64,000 nucleotides of DNA, taken from assembly GCA_037444405.1 (NCBI GenBank), contig JBBIML010000018.1, positions 1-64,000 of the forward strand. The letters are read 5' to 3'. Positions 38,106-48,160 of this stretch are shown here, piece after piece. How positions within the stretch are numbered: position 1 is the first letter of the stretch; each line of letters starts with the position of its first letter. The notes below the pieces were generated by a model. The model had not been told where the DNA came from, ran no database searches, and saw nothing but the letters and a program-made list of their open reading frames with translations. This DNA comes from Armatimonadota bacterium (GTDB lineage: Bacteria; Armatimonadota; Fimbriimonadia; Fimbriimonadales; GBS-DC). Made by a program: the position numbers and the translations under genes.

Positions 38106-38702
38106 TTAGCCGCCAGGCGGCGGTGGGAAGTCCAGCACCGACACAGGTACGCGCAGACTCACGCCACGATTGGCGTCTTTAATCTCCAGGTAGGTGCTGC
38201 CCATGCGAAGCCCCTGAAGAGTGCAACTGGTCTCGGTTGTTCCGACGATGGTTGCGAAGGTGTTATCCACGATGGAGAAGCGAAAGGACGCCGCGAGGCG
38301 GTTGCCGGCAGAATCGCGCACGACGGCGCTCACCTGCTGCTGTGTTCCAACCCAGACCTCTATGGACGCAGGGATTGCTTCGATACGGTATTGGTTCAAG
38401 TCGTAGCGCACCACGCTCTGGGCGCCAACGCGTACCTGAAACTCCTGTGCAACTATCTGCCCGTCCTCGGCGAATTCGACACGAACCGTGTAGGTGCCCG
38501 CTGGCAAATCGGTCAGTTCGAGTGGTGCGGTGCCACGCGGCTGGTTGTTCAGGAACACCTGGGCGCCAGGCGGTGTACCCTCCACACGCAGGCTACCCGT
38601 GCCGCCCGCGCCGCCACCGCCTCCACCACCTGAGCATGCCCACAGAATGACCAGCGCGATGATTCCCAGACCTATCTGAACTTTGTGGACTGTGCCTCTC
38701 AT
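38106..38702 (-). CDS. PEGA/Ig-like domain lipoprotein
   Basis: Lipobox LWAC, a poly-Gly linker and the PEGA pattern GTPPGAQVFLN..GTAP. Confidence 0.75.
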   Translation of the reverse strand: MRGTVHKVQIGLGIIALVILWACSGGGGGGGAGGTGSLRVEGTPPGAQVFLNNQPRGTAPLELTDLPAGTYTVRVEFAEDGQIVAQEFQVRVGAQSVVRYDLNQYRIEAIPASIEVWVGTQQQVSAVVRDSAGNRLAASFRFSIVDNTFATIVGTTETSCTLQGLRMGSTYLEIKDANRGVSLRVPVSVLDFPPPPGG

Positions 38703-38728
38703 GGTTGCCTCGTCGATTAGACGCCTCA

Positions 38729-40123
38729 TCAGAACTCGGCGTTGCCCGGCGTGCGCGGGAACGGAATCACATCACGAATGTTTTTCATGCCCGTGATATA
38801 CATCAGCATGCGTTCGAAGCCCAGCCCGAAGCCGGAGTGGGGAGCGGAGCCGTACCTGCGCAGGTCGAGATACCACCAGTAGTCTTCCTCATTCAGCCCC
38901 GATTCGCGGATGCGCTGGAGCAGCACATCGTACCGCTCCTCGCGCTGGCTGCCGCCGATAATCTCGCCCACGCGCGGCACCAGCACATCCATCGCCCGCA
39001 CTGTGCGCCCGTCGTCGTTCACCCGCATATAGAACGCCTTAATCTCCTTCGGATAGTCCGTTACAATCACGGGCTTTTTGAACACCTCTTCGGTCAGGTA
39101 GCGTTCATGCTCGGTCTGTAAATCGTTGCCCCACACCGGCGGGAACTCCCAGTTGCGCCCAGCCTTTTGCAAAATCTGGATTGCCTCCGTGTAGGTCAGA
39201 TGCTCGAAGGTGGCGGTCGCCACATGCTCCAGCGTCGCCAGCACTGTGTTGTCGATGCGCTGGTGGAAGAACTCCATGTCTTCCCGGCAGTTGTCCAGCA
39301 CATACTGGATGATATATTTGAGGAACTCTTCGGCGAGTCGCATATTGTCGGGCAGCTCGTAGAACGCCATTTCGGGTTCGATCATCCAGAACTCGGCGAG
39401 GTGGCGGGGCGTGTTGCTGTTTTCGGCGCGGAAGGTGGGACCGAAGGTGTACACTTTGCCGAAGGCGAGCGCGAAAATCTCGGCTTCGAGCTGACCGCTG
39501 ACGGTGAGGTAGGTCGGTCTGCCGAAAAAGTCCTGGCTCCAATCGATGTGCCCATCGGGCGTGCGCGGTGGGTTCTCCAGATCGAGGGTGGTGACGCGGA
39601 AGAGCGCGCCTGCGCCCTCACAGTCGGAAGGCGTGATGATGGGCGTGTGGACATAGAGGAAGTCGCGCTCCTGAAAGAATTTGTGGATGGCATAGGCAAG
39701 CGCGTTCCGCACGCGGAACACCGCCCCGAAGGTGTTGCCCCGCACGCGCAGATGGGCAATCTCACGCAGGAACTCGAAGGAGTGCCCCTTCTTCTGCATC
39801 GGGTAGGTCGCGGGGTCAGCTTCGCCGTAAAGATGGATGCTCTCCACGCGCAGCTCGACGGGCTGACCGGGCGCGGGCGATTCGACCAGCTCGCCCGTGG
39901 CGGCGATGCAGGCGCCAGCGGTGATGTGCTTAAGCAAGCCTTCGGGCACGACGCCCTCGTTCACCACCAGCTGCAGGCTTTTGAAGCGGGAGCCGTCGTT
40001 AAGCTCAACGAACGAGATGCCCTTCGAATCGCGGCGGGAGCGCACCCAGCCGCGCACAGTGAGCCGACTGCCGATGGGCATCTGATACGCCTGCTTGACC
40101 GACACCACCTGCGCCTCTGCCAT
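38729..40123 (-). CDS. asnS: Asparaginyl-tRNA synthetase
   Basis: [34 protein letters not shown] and GGSQREER. Confidence 0.96.
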   Translation of the reverse strand: MAEAQVVSVKQAYQMPIGSRLTVRGWVRSRRDSKGISFVELNDGSRFKSLQLVVNEGVVPEGLLKHITAGACIAATGELVESPAPGQPVELRVESIHLYGEADPATYPMQKKGHSFEFLREIAHLRVRGNTFGAVFRVRNALAYAIHKFFQERDFLYVHTPIITPSDCEGAGALFRVTTLDLENPPRTPDGHIDWSQDFFGRPTYLTVSGQLEAEIFALAFGKVYTFGPTFRAENSNTPRHLAEFWMIEPEMAFYELPDNMRLAEEFLKYIIQYVLDNCREDMEFFHQRIDNTVLATLEHVATATFEHLTYTEAIQILQKAGRNWEFPPVWGNDLQTEHERYLTEEVFKKPVIVTDYPKEIKAFYMRVNDDGRTVRAMDVLVPRVGEIIGGSQREERYDVLLQRIRESGLNEEDYWWYLDLRRYGSAPHSGFGLGFERMLMYITGMKNIRDVIPFPRTPGNAEF

Positions 40124-40170
40124 CAGAGGCTATTGTACCCGATGGACTAACGCATTTAGACCAACCCCCT

Positions 40171-40246
40171 GAGGGTGTTCAAAACAGGGCGCGATCGCCG
40201 CGCCCTGCTCAAGCGGCTCGCAAGAGATGATTTTTCGAACAGCCTC
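40171..40246. mobile_element. MITE-like element, copy 2 (76 bp)
   Basis: TIRs GAGGGTGTTC/GAACAGCCTC; perfect 9-bp flanking direct repeat CAACCCCCT (40162-40170 and 40247-40255). Confidence 0.75.
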
Positions 40247-40300
40247 CAACCCCCTTGACAGCCATGCGGCGCGTTCAGGTATAATAGAGTCGCTCACGGT

Positions 40301-40377
40301 GGGGCCATGGTCTAGGGGACTAGGACGCCTGGTTTTCAGCCAGGAGGACGGGGGTTCGAATCCCCCTGGCCCTACCA
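40301..40377 (+). tRNA. tRNA-Glu (anticodon TTC)
   Basis: Acceptor GGGGCCA/TGGCCCT, anticodon arm CCTGG-TTTTCAG-CCAGG, T loop GGTTCGAATCC and encoded CCA. Promoter TTGACA-N19-TATAAT. Confidence 0.95.
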
Positions 40378-40426
40378 GCTTTTTATTTTGCCTCAGGTAT
40401 AATCCCGCCGCACAGGGAGCGCAGGG

Positions 40427-41581
40427 ATGAAACTGCACGAGTATCAGGCGAAACGGATTCTGCAGGATGTGGGCTTGCCCGTGCCGAAGGGCGAGGTGGT
40501 CAGCAGTCCCGAAGGCGCCCGCGCCGTCGCTGAGCGGCTGGGCACGCGCGTGGTGGTCAAAGCGCAGGTGCATATGGGCGGGCGCGGCAAGGCGGGCGGC
40601 ATCAAAGTCGCCAGCACGCCCGACGAAGCCGCTCAGGCAGCCCAGCAAATCCTCGGCAAACGGCTCATCTCCCCACAGAACCCGCAGGGACTCGTCGCTG
40701 AAACCGTGCTGGTCGAAGAAGCCATCGATATCCAGCGCGAGCTTTACATCGGCATCACGGTTGACCGCACGCGCCAGCGCAACGCCCTGATGGTCAGCCA
40801 GTTCGGTGGGATGGACATCGAGGAGATCGCCGCGAGCCACCCCGACGCGATTGCCACCGTCGCGATTGACCCCTTTCTGGGCTTGACCGACTATCAGGCG
40901 CGGCAGGTGCTGTACAATGCGGGGCTGGACACCGAGCTGACCCGCCAGTTGACGCCCATCCTGCAGGGGCTGTATCGGGCTTATATGGCGTGCGATGCGA
41001 ACCTTGCCGAAATCAATCCCTGTGCGCTCACCACCGATGGGCAGGTGATGGTCGCCGACGCCAAAATCACCATCGACGATAACGCGCTGTTCCGCCAGAA
41101 GCGGCTGGCGGTCTATCGTGAGGAGAGCGCAGAAGACCCCATCGAGGCGGAGGCGCAACAGCGCGGTGTCGCCTATGTGCGACTGGGCGGCAATATCGGC
41201 ATCATCGGCAACGGCGCAGGGCTGGTGATGTGTACCGTCGATGAGGTCGCACGCGCGGGGGGCAAGCCTGCCAACTTCCTCGACATCGGTGGTGGCGCTA
41301 AAGCCGACCAGGTGCGAAACGCCGTCGAAATCGTGCTGATGGACCCGAATGTGAAGGGGCTACTCTTCAACATCTTTGGCGGCATCACGCGCGGAGACGA
41401 GGTCGCGCGCGGCATTCTGGAAGCGCTGCAGGCGATGAATGTCTCCATCCCGATTGTGGTGCGACTGACCGGCACGCGCGCGGCGGAGGGGCTGGCATTA
41501 CTGCAGGGCACGCCGCTCATCCCCGCCGAAACGATGCAGGAAGCCGCCCGCAAAATCGTCGAGCTGGTGGGCAGCGCATAG
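40427..41581 (+). CDS. sucC: Succinyl-CoA synthetase beta subunit
   Basis: MKLHEYQAK, GGRGKAGG, EINP, GNGAGL, NFLDIGGG and NIFGGI. Confidence 0.95.
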   Translation: MKLHEYQAKRILQDVGLPVPKGEVVSSPEGARAVAERLGTRVVVKAQVHMGGRGKAGGIKVASTPDEAAQAAQQILGKRLISPQNPQGLVAETVLVEEAIDIQRELYIGITVDRTRQRNALMVSQFGGMDIEEIAASHPDAIATVAIDPFLGLTDYQARQVLYNAGLDTELTRQLTPILQGLYRAYMACDANLAEINPCALTTDGQVMVADAKITIDDNALFRQKRLAVYREESAEDPIEAEAQQRGVAYVRLGGNIGIIGNGAGLVMCTVDEVARAGGKPANFLDIGGGAKADQVRNAVEIVLMDPNVKGLLFNIFGGITRGDEVARGILEALQAMNVSIPIVVRLTGTRAAEGLALLQGTPLIPAETMQEAARKIVELVGSA

Positions 41582-41638
41582 CTTCTGAAATGCTATAGCC
41601 GACAGGAAACGCCCTGTTAGAGGCGAACTGGTAAGGCT

Positions 41639-44242
41639 ATGGGTAGGCAAACGGTTGGGAACGGCTGCGCGGCGGCAATCGCCCTCGCGCTAACAGGCTT
41701 GTTGTACGCTCAAAGCATCGGTCATCTGGGCAACGCGCGCGGGGACACGACCCCACTGATCGACCCGATGCGCCCCGTTATGGAGATCGGGCAGACCTAC
41801 GCCGTGTTGCAATACTTTACCGCCACACCGTGCGAGACACGGGTGCAGCTCCGTGCCAGCAATCTACCCGCGACCGCATGGCGCCCGCCAGAGCGCAGGC
41901 GGAACCTCTGGCAGGGGCGTGATGTGCGGGTGATGCAGGGCGAGCCGGGCAGGCGCACCTATCACCGCATCCGTATCGAGGGTCTCAAGCCTGGCACGCG
42001 CTACTACTATCGGGTGTATGACCCGGGCACAACACCGACACGCGAGGAGCGCAAATGGGGTGCGGAGCCGCCCTGGCGACGCGAGTACGCCTTCGCCACG
42101 CTCGCCCCGCGCGGCTACAAAACCATCATCCATCTGCCCGTCAAGGTGTTGATTATGCCGAATGTGGTGAATGTTGCCTCCGCCTATGCCGATCCGAACA
42201 ATCCTGCGCCGCCTCCACCCGCTCTCACGCCCGAACAGATCGAGCGCATCAGGCAGGAGTACGCGATTGCTGCCCGCTATTTCTGGGTCAACAGCGGCAT
42301 GCGCCTGTGGGTGGATTTCCACATCTTTATTGATGACCGCTGGCAGCGGTGGGGCGAGGAGCCGCCAAACGCGCAGGGCTTCTATAAAGGGCTGCCCGTC
42401 TGCCGCAGCTACGCGGGCGTCGACTTCGCGGGTCCTGGTGGCGGCGCGTTCACCATCGTGGATACGCGCGATCCCCAGCGCATCAATCATCAGCCTGTCT
42501 ACGAGGAGATGCCCTATGCGGGTCAGATCGAGCAGGCGTTTCCGCGTCGCTGGGATGCTCAAAAGCGCGAGTGGGTTTTTTATGCCAGTGGGGGCGGAAC
42601 CTTCGGCGTGGACGGCTTCCCCGATGGCATCCCCGCCCGCTCGCAGTTTCTGGGCGGCGGCGACACCGCGTGGCTCGTCACGCACGAGTTCCATCACCAG
42701 CTGGAATCGTACAGCGCGTTCTCGCTCAACAACCGTGAAGATGACCGCATCGTGTTCAATCATCCTGAACCACGCTATCGGCGAACCAACCCCGACGGCT
42801 CCATCGCGATGAACCCGTGGAACACGGCGGGGCGGCACGGCGAACACTGGAATGTGATGGCGTACTGGGATCGGACGCTGACCGACGCGCAGTGGCTGCG
42901 TTTCTATTTCGGCGAGGTGATTACCGTGCGCGATTCGGATGGCGACGGCTTTCCCGATAACGACCCGCGCCTGCCGCTGGATGAGAAGCGGTTCGGCACG
43001 GATCCGCGCCGCGCGATGACCGACGGGCGGCTGAACGACCTGCGCAAGGCGATGCTCAGCAGCTGGGCGCCTGCGCCCCTGCAGTTCAGCCTCAACAAGC
43101 CGCCGTTTCAGGCGTACCGCCCCGACCCACGCCGCCCCGACAGCGACCGCGACGGTCTGCCCGACGCGATAGACCCCTATCCGCTCTATCCGTGGCAGCC
43201 ATTTGTAAGCTACATGCGTGCCACCATTGACGGCGTCGACGACGAGTGGACGGCACTTCCACCCGCTGGCGAACGATTATGGCAAGGAGAAAACCTAAAA
43301 CTCACCTTCAAGCATGCGCACGATGATGACGCCTATTACGGCTGTTTCCGCATCACGGGCGACTGGAGCCGACTCTATGTGGTGCTGGACGGCGAAGGGC
43401 GCGGCGTGTTCTCGGGCGAGGGCGTGGTCGGCTTCGAAGTGCTGAACGGCTCGCAGGTCGAGCTGCGCCCCACAGGCTGGGGCGCACCGGGCATCCAGTG
43501 GAAAGCCACGCGCCAGCGCGACCGCACCACGATCATCGAGTTCAGCCTGCCCAACGGCGGCGAGGGCAAATGGTACTGGTGGCGTGGCGGGCGTGAGGTC
43601 GGCATCGCCATCGATGTGTGGGACAGCCGGGGCAGAGGCTACTCGCTGTACGAGCCGTATGACCTGTTCTACTGTCGCATGCTGGAGCCGGTGGGCACGC
43701 TGCCACCGCCTGCCAGCGCGCCCGCTGAACTCACGCCAGAGCGGGCAACCCGCACCTTCACGCCCAGCAACCCCGGCGAGCTGAAAATCGGCGAGGGCTG
43801 GCGCACCGAGAACGGCGCATGGGTCTATGACGGGCATCCCGAATCGCTCCTGCTGATTGAGGGTCTGAATGCGCGCGCCTTCGACCTCTGGATGGAGTTC
43901 GAAGCCCGGCAGGACGGTATTCTGGCAGCCTTTTTGCCCACCACCGCTGAGATGAATGCGGGGCGCGACTATGTGGTGTTCGTAGGCGGCTACGGCAACA
44001 CCATCACCCGCTTCCGCCTGTTCGGACGCGAAGAGGGCGACAGCGAGGTGATGATGTCGCCCGGTCGCCATCGGCTCCAGCTCACGCGGCGCGACGGGCA
44101 GGTGTGGGCGCTGTTCGACGGCAAGCCCATTCTGTGGGCGCGCGACCCGAACCCCCAGCAACGCATCGGCAAGCTCGCCGTGATTGGCGGCTACGACGGC
44201 AAACAGCGCGTGTACGCGATTCGCTATCGAGTGGACGAATGA
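41639..44242 (+). CDS. Large secreted multidomain protein with HExxH and Ca-binding DxDxDG repeats
   Basis: Signal peptide, Fn3-like HRIRIEGLKPGTRYYYRV, THEFHHQLE and DSDGDG/DSDRDG. Confidence 0.75.
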   Translation: MGRQTVGNGCAAAIALALTGLLYAQSIGHLGNARGDTTPLIDPMRPVMEIGQTYAVLQYFTATPCETRVQLRASNLPATAWRPPERRRNLWQGRDVRVMQGEPGRRTYHRIRIEGLKPGTRYYYRVYDPGTTPTREERKWGAEPPWRREYAFATLAPRGYKTIIHLPVKVLIMPNVVNVASAYADPNNPAPPPPALTPEQIERIRQEYAIAARYFWVNSGMRLWVDFHIFIDDRWQRWGEEPPNAQGFYKGLPVCRSYAGVDFAGPGGGAFTIVDTRDPQRINHQPVYEEMPYAGQIEQAFPRRWDAQKREWVFYASGGGTFGVDGFPDGIPARSQFLGGGDTAWLVTHEFHHQLESYSAFSLNNREDDRIVFNHPEPRYRRTNPDGSIAMNPWNTAGRHGEHWNVMAYWDRTLTDAQWLRFYFGEVITVRDSDGDGFPDNDPRLPLDEKRFGTDPRRAMTDGRLNDLRKAMLSSWAPAPLQFSLNKPPFQAYRPDPRRPDSDRDGLPDAIDPYPLYPWQPFVSYMRATIDGVDDEWTALPPAGERLWQGENLKLTFKHAHDDDAYYGCFRITGDWSRLYVVLDGEGRGVFSGEGVVGFEVLNGSQVELRPTGWGAPGIQWKATRQRDRTTIIEFSLPNGGEGKWYWWRGGREVGIAIDVWDSRGRGYSLYEPYDLFYCRMLEPVGTLPPPASAPAELTPERATRTFTPSNPGELKIGEGWRTENGAWVYDGHPESLLLIEGLNARAFDLWMEFEARQDGILAAFLPTTAEMNAGRDYVVFVGGYGNTITRFRLFGREEGDSEVMMSPGRHRLQLTRRDGQVWALFDGKPILWARDPNPQQRIGKLAVIGGYDGKQRVYAIRYRVDE

Positions 44243-44922
44243 GCCATCGACGCGGTGAGTGGTGGGTCGCGCTGTTAGGCGCGCTGATTCTGGCGTTCCT
44301 CTTTTTCTACAATCGCCAGCCGTACACTGTGTACGCCCTGCACTGGCTGGGTCTGGAGCGTGCGAACGCGCCCCTGCGCAGCTGGGAGGAGTATTTCGTG
44401 GTGAACAGTGCGCTGCTGCTGTGGCTGCCGGTGCTGATCATCGCCTTTGTGGGCAAGGGCGAGCTGAGCCAGTATGGGCTGGCGCGCGGCGACGGCGCAC
44501 GCGGCGCCCTGTTCGCCCTGCTGATGTACCTGCCGATGACGGTTGTGCTGTGGTTCGCCTCGGCACGACCCGACTTCCAGAGCTACTACCCGCTGGATAA
44601 GCGCGTGCTGACCGATACTGCCTACGCCATCTACTTCGAGCTGGCGTACGGCTACTACCTCTTCTGCTGGGAGTTCTTCTTTCGAGGCTTTCTCACTTTT
44701 GGGCTGTACCGCTGGTTGGGCTGGTGGGGTGTGGGGCTGCAGGCGGTCGCGTTCGGCGTGATGCACATCAGCAAGCCCATCCCGGAGCTGATAAGCTCCT
44801 TCGTTGCTGCGCTGATTCTAAGCTGGGTCGCGTTGCGCGTCAAATCGTTCCTGCCGTGCTTCTGGGCGCACTGGGCGGTCTCCATGACGCTTGATCTGAT
44901 GCTCATCTATCGGGCACGCTGA
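44239..44922 (+). CDS. CPBP/Abi (CAAX-like) intramembrane metalloprotease
   Basis: WEFFFRG, FGVMH and a late His motif; ATGA overlap with the upstream gene. Confidence 0.85.
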   Translation: MSHRRGEWWVALLGALILAFLFFYNRQPYTVYALHWLGLERANAPLRSWEEYFVVNSALLLWLPVLIIAFVGKGELSQYGLARGDGARGALFALLMYLPMTVVLWFASARPDFQSYYPLDKRVLTDTAYAIYFELAYGYYLFCWEFFFRGFLTFGLYRWLGWWGVGLQAVAFGVMHISKPIPELISSFVAALILSWVALRVKSFLPCFWAHWAVSMTLDLMLIYRAR

Positions 44923-44995
44923 GAGGGAAGGACCCCCTTGCAAAACCCTGTAAAGATGGGGTATAATGGAACTACCCTTGGAAAGGAGGCTATCG

Positions 44996-46276
44996 ATGAT
45001 GAGGATTGGAACGGTTGCAGGGCTTCTGGCGCTCAGCATTGGCGGGAGCGCACTATGGGCGCAGACCTTCACGCATCTGAAGTCGGTCGATCTGTCGAGC
45101 TACTTCACCGCGGGCGGTCCGCAGGGCGACACGGTGTCGGATGTCGCTTTCGACGGGCGCAACCTCTATGTGGCGGGTTTCTCGGTCGCCACCACAACAG
45201 ACCCTGTGCCTGTTGGCGTTCTCAAGATCGAGAATGTGTTGCTACCCGCTGCCAGCTGGAACTATATCCCGCTCATCTCGCTCACTCAGGCGGCACAGAG
45301 CCGCGTGTCGTATGTCGTCTATAAAGACGGCTACCTCTATCTGGGCACGGGGTTGGGTGATGGCAGTGGCGACCCAGCCCGAACGGGCGTCCGTCGATTC
45401 GATGCGACCACTGGTGCCTGGGACAGCCAGTGGAACGGCACGGGCGTGGTGATGCCATCCGATTTGACGCCCGGCACAACCACGCGCATGGAGTGCGTGT
45501 CGATTGATCCGGGCTATCAGGGCAGTGGCGAGACGCTGGCGATTCTGGCGCGCGGGCGCGGGATCATCTTCCGGCGCGACTTTGTGAGTGGGGCGGCTGC
45601 CCCGAACCTGCTGTGCGTGCCCACGCGCCCCGACAACACCACCACTACTGGCATGCGCGATATCAGCTTTGCGCCGAACGGGGACGCCTACCTGCGAGTG
45701 GACAACAGCGTCTGGTATGCCCAGCGCACGGGCGCCAATAGTGTGGCGAACAACCGGGCTGATCTCATGCTCGACTTCTCCACAGATAGCGCGTTTCAGG
45801 TGCAGATTAATGTGCTGTACCTGCCGACCCCTTCTGGCGACCTGCTGCTGTTCAACCGACGCGATGGCAACAACACCTATAAAAAGGTCTTCGTGTATCG
45901 GGGCAGCGGCGCCAGCTGGACGCCCTATCTGGAGCTGACAGGCGACGAGCCGCTGCCCGATGGCACGACGCCGAACCCGTTCGCCCGCGATGTGCTTAAC
46001 TTCACCTTCGGCGATGGTCCCGACCCATCGGCGGGTGATGTGAATGTGGACGGCATCGTGGACGATGCCGACCTGCTGGCGGTGCTGTTCGCCTTCGGGC
46101 AGACAGGAGCCGATTTAGCCGAAGATGTGAACGGCGACGGCGTGGTGGACGATGCTGATCTGCTCACGGTGCTGTTCAACTTCGGTTCCAGCCCCACTGC
46201 CCGCTACCTGTTCGTTATCGAGGCGAACTTCGTTGCCGGTGACGACCGCCTCGATATCTACCGCGTGAATCCGTGA
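44996..46276 (+). CDS. Secreted beta-rich protein with a dockerin-like EF-hand pair
   Basis: AAAGGAGG SD, signal peptide and GDVNVDGIVDDADLL..DVNGDGVVDDADLL. Promoter TTGCAA-N18-TATAAT at 44938-44967. Confidence 0.8.
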   Translation: MMRIGTVAGLLALSIGGSALWAQTFTHLKSVDLSSYFTAGGPQGDTVSDVAFDGRNLYVAGFSVATTTDPVPVGVLKIENVLLPAASWNYIPLISLTQAAQSRVSYVVYKDGYLYLGTGLGDGSGDPARTGVRRFDATTGAWDSQWNGTGVVMPSDLTPGTTTRMECVSIDPGYQGSGETLAILARGRGIIFRRDFVSGAAAPNLLCVPTRPDNTTTTGMRDISFAPNGDAYLRVDNSVWYAQRTGANSVANNRADLMLDFSTDSAFQVQINVLYLPTPSGDLLLFNRRDGNNTYKKVFVYRGSGASWTPYLELTGDEPLPDGTTPNPFARDVLNFTFGDGPDPSAGDVNVDGIVDDADLLAVLFAFGQTGADLAEDVNGDGVVDDADLLTVLFNFGSSPTARYLFVIEANFVAGDDRLDIYRVNP

Positions 46277-46287
46277 TTCGGAGTTGA

Positions 46288-46328
46288 CCCTCATCCCTGC
46301 CCCCTCTCCCACAGTGTGGGAGAGGGGG
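46288..46328. repeat. REP-like element
   Basis: CCCTCATCCC..CCCCTCTCCCACAGTGTGGGAGAGGGG, near-identical to the 27312 hairpin. Confidence 0.7.
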
Positions 46329-46411
46329 TACAATACTGGTGATGCCTGAAGTCTACGAGGAACGGGTGGGGGCTACTGCGCGGCTTAGCCCCGGGAATAG
46401 GTGGTGAGCGG

Positions 46412-47059
46412 ATGGCGACCAAGATTCGAACTCACCCGCGCAAGCGTTCCGGTGCGCTTCAGCCTGCGGAAGCGGTTTCGCTGGGCGTGCAGCGCTATCG
46501 GTTTACGCCCGAACAGTTTGAGCAGCTGGGGGCGCTGGAGCTATTTCGCGACCAACGCGTGGAACTGATCGGAGGAGAAATCGTCCAGATGGCACCCGCC
46601 GGTCCTGAGCATGGAAGCACGGTGGATCAGGCAATGCTGAGCATCGGGCAGCGCTTGCCCCGAAAGCCATACTACATGCGGGTTCAGAATCCCCTGCGTT
46701 TGGGGGGTAGCGAGCCGTTTCCCGATATTGCGATTGTGCCGGGCAAGCCCAGCGATTACCGCCAGCAGCATCCCACCACCGCACTGCTGGTGATCGAGAT
46801 TGCCGACACCTCGCTGGAATACGACCGCACCGAGAAGATGAGTTTATATGCCTCGGCAGGGATACCCGAATACTGGATAGTGAACCTGGTGGAGCGGTGT
46901 CTGGAGGTGTATCGGGAGCCGGTGTCGCCGGCGGAGGGGACAGCGTTCAATGCGCGGTATCGCTGGCTGCGGTATTATGGTCTGGAGGAGGTGGTGTGTC
47001 CGCTGTTTGAGCCGACGCTGGAGATACCTGTGCGCACTCTCTTCGAAGGCGAAGAGTGA
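46412..47059 (+). CDS. Uma2 family (PD-(D/E)xK) endonuclease
   Basis: ELIGGEI, PDIAIV, LVIEIAD and YASAGIPEYWIVNL. Confidence 0.88.
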   Translation: MATKIRTHPRKRSGALQPAEAVSLGVQRYRFTPEQFEQLGALELFRDQRVELIGGEIVQMAPAGPEHGSTVDQAMLSIGQRLPRKPYYMRVQNPLRLGGSEPFPDIAIVPGKPSDYRQQHPTTALLVIEIADTSLEYDRTEKMSLYASAGIPEYWIVNLVERCLEVYREPVSPAEGTAFNARYRWLRYYGLEEVVCPLFEPTLEIPVRTLFEGEE

Positions 47060-47116
47060 GAGGCTGTCCAGCGTTCCTCCCCAGCCATCCTCAGTCGAGC
47101 AGCTATCCAGAAGCGT

Positions 47117-48160
47117 TTAGCTATTGCCGCGTGGTTTTGCATCGACGATCACGCCGTCGAAGATGGCGACATTCGATTTCACCTTGCAGTTGCGTCCGAC
47201 GACGCAGCGCACCAGCATCGTGTCGCGCATCACCACCGCGCCATCCCACAGAATGCTCTCCTGCACCACCGCGCCCGCTTCCACAATGCAGTTTTCGCCC
47301 AGCACGCAGTTTTCCAGCACGCGCGCGCCCGATTCGATGCGGGTGCCGGAGCCAATCACGACGGGATAGCCCACCTCCGCATCTTTAGCGATTTGAACCT
47401 CGTCGCCAATCCACACATATTTGCGGCGTTCGGGGTAGGGCATCTGCAGGTTCACGCGCCCCGCGAGCGCGTCCCAGTGCGCCTGCTGATAGGTCTTCAG
47501 GTTGCCCACATCCTTCCAGTAGCTGGAGGTGAGGAAGCCGTACAGGGGCAGTCTGCGCTCGATAAGGAGCGGCAGCAGGTTCGCGCCAAAGCCGTATGGC
47601 TTACCCTTGGGGATCAGCTCCAGCGCCTCTGGCTCCAGCACATAGATGCCGATGTTGGCGGCGTTGGAGAAAATCATCTCGCCTCGGGGCTTCTCCAGAA
47701 AGCGGGTGATGCGCCCCCGCTCGTTCAGCAGAGCGATGCCGTACTCCGATGGGTCTTCCACCAGCGAGAGGGCAATCGTGCAGAGGGCGCGCTTCTCTTT
47801 GTGGAAGCGCACCAGGCGCGTAAGGTCTAAATCGGTCAGGTCGTCGCCACCAATCACGATCAGGGTGTCGTCGAAAAACGCCTCACAGCGTTTGACGCTG
47901 CCCGCGTCGCCCCAGAGCTGCTCCTCTTCCGAGTAGTGGATTCGCACGCCCCAGCGTGAGCCGTCGCCAAAGTAGGCTTTGATCTGCTCGCCCAGATAGT
48001 ACAGGTTCACCATGATGTCGGTGAAGCCGTGCTTTTTGAGCAGGTTGACCAGATGCTCCATCACGGGTCGGTTCACGATGGGCACCATCGGCTTGGGGAT
48101 GGCGCGAGTGAGCGGGTCGAGCCGCGAGCCGACGCCCGCCGCCAGAATCATCGCTTTCAT
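47117..48160 (-). CDS. NDP-sugar pyrophosphorylase (mannose-1-P guanylyltransferase-like)
   Basis: MILAAGVGSRL..PKP, EKP, YWKDVG and a C-terminal hexapeptide beta-helix. Confidence 0.9.
   Translation of the reverse strand: MKAMILAAGVGSRLDPLTRAIPKPMVPIVNRPVMEHLVNLLKKHGFTDIMVNLYYLGEQIKAYFGDGSRWGVRIHYSEEEQLWGDAGSVKRCEAFFDDTLIVIGGDDLTDLDLTRLVRFHKEKRALCTIALSLVEDPSEYGIALLNERGRITRFLEKPRGEMIFSNAANIGIYVLEPEALELIPKGKPYGFGANLLPLLIERRLPLYGFLTSSYWKDVGNLKTYQQAHWDALAGRVNLQMPYPERRKYVWIGDEVQIAKDAEVGYPVVIGSGTRIESGARVLENCVLGENCIVEAGAVVQESILWDGAVVMRDTMLVRCVVGRNCKVKSNVAIFDGVIVDAKPRGNS

Noticed and set aside
40301..40430. Prophage or island integrated at tRNA-Glu
   Set aside because: No integrase or duplicated tRNA 3' end was seen, and the flanks are housekeeping genes.
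46412..47059. Uma2 nuclease as part of a defence system
   Set aside because: It is a solitary member of a commonly expanded family with no partner genes nearby.
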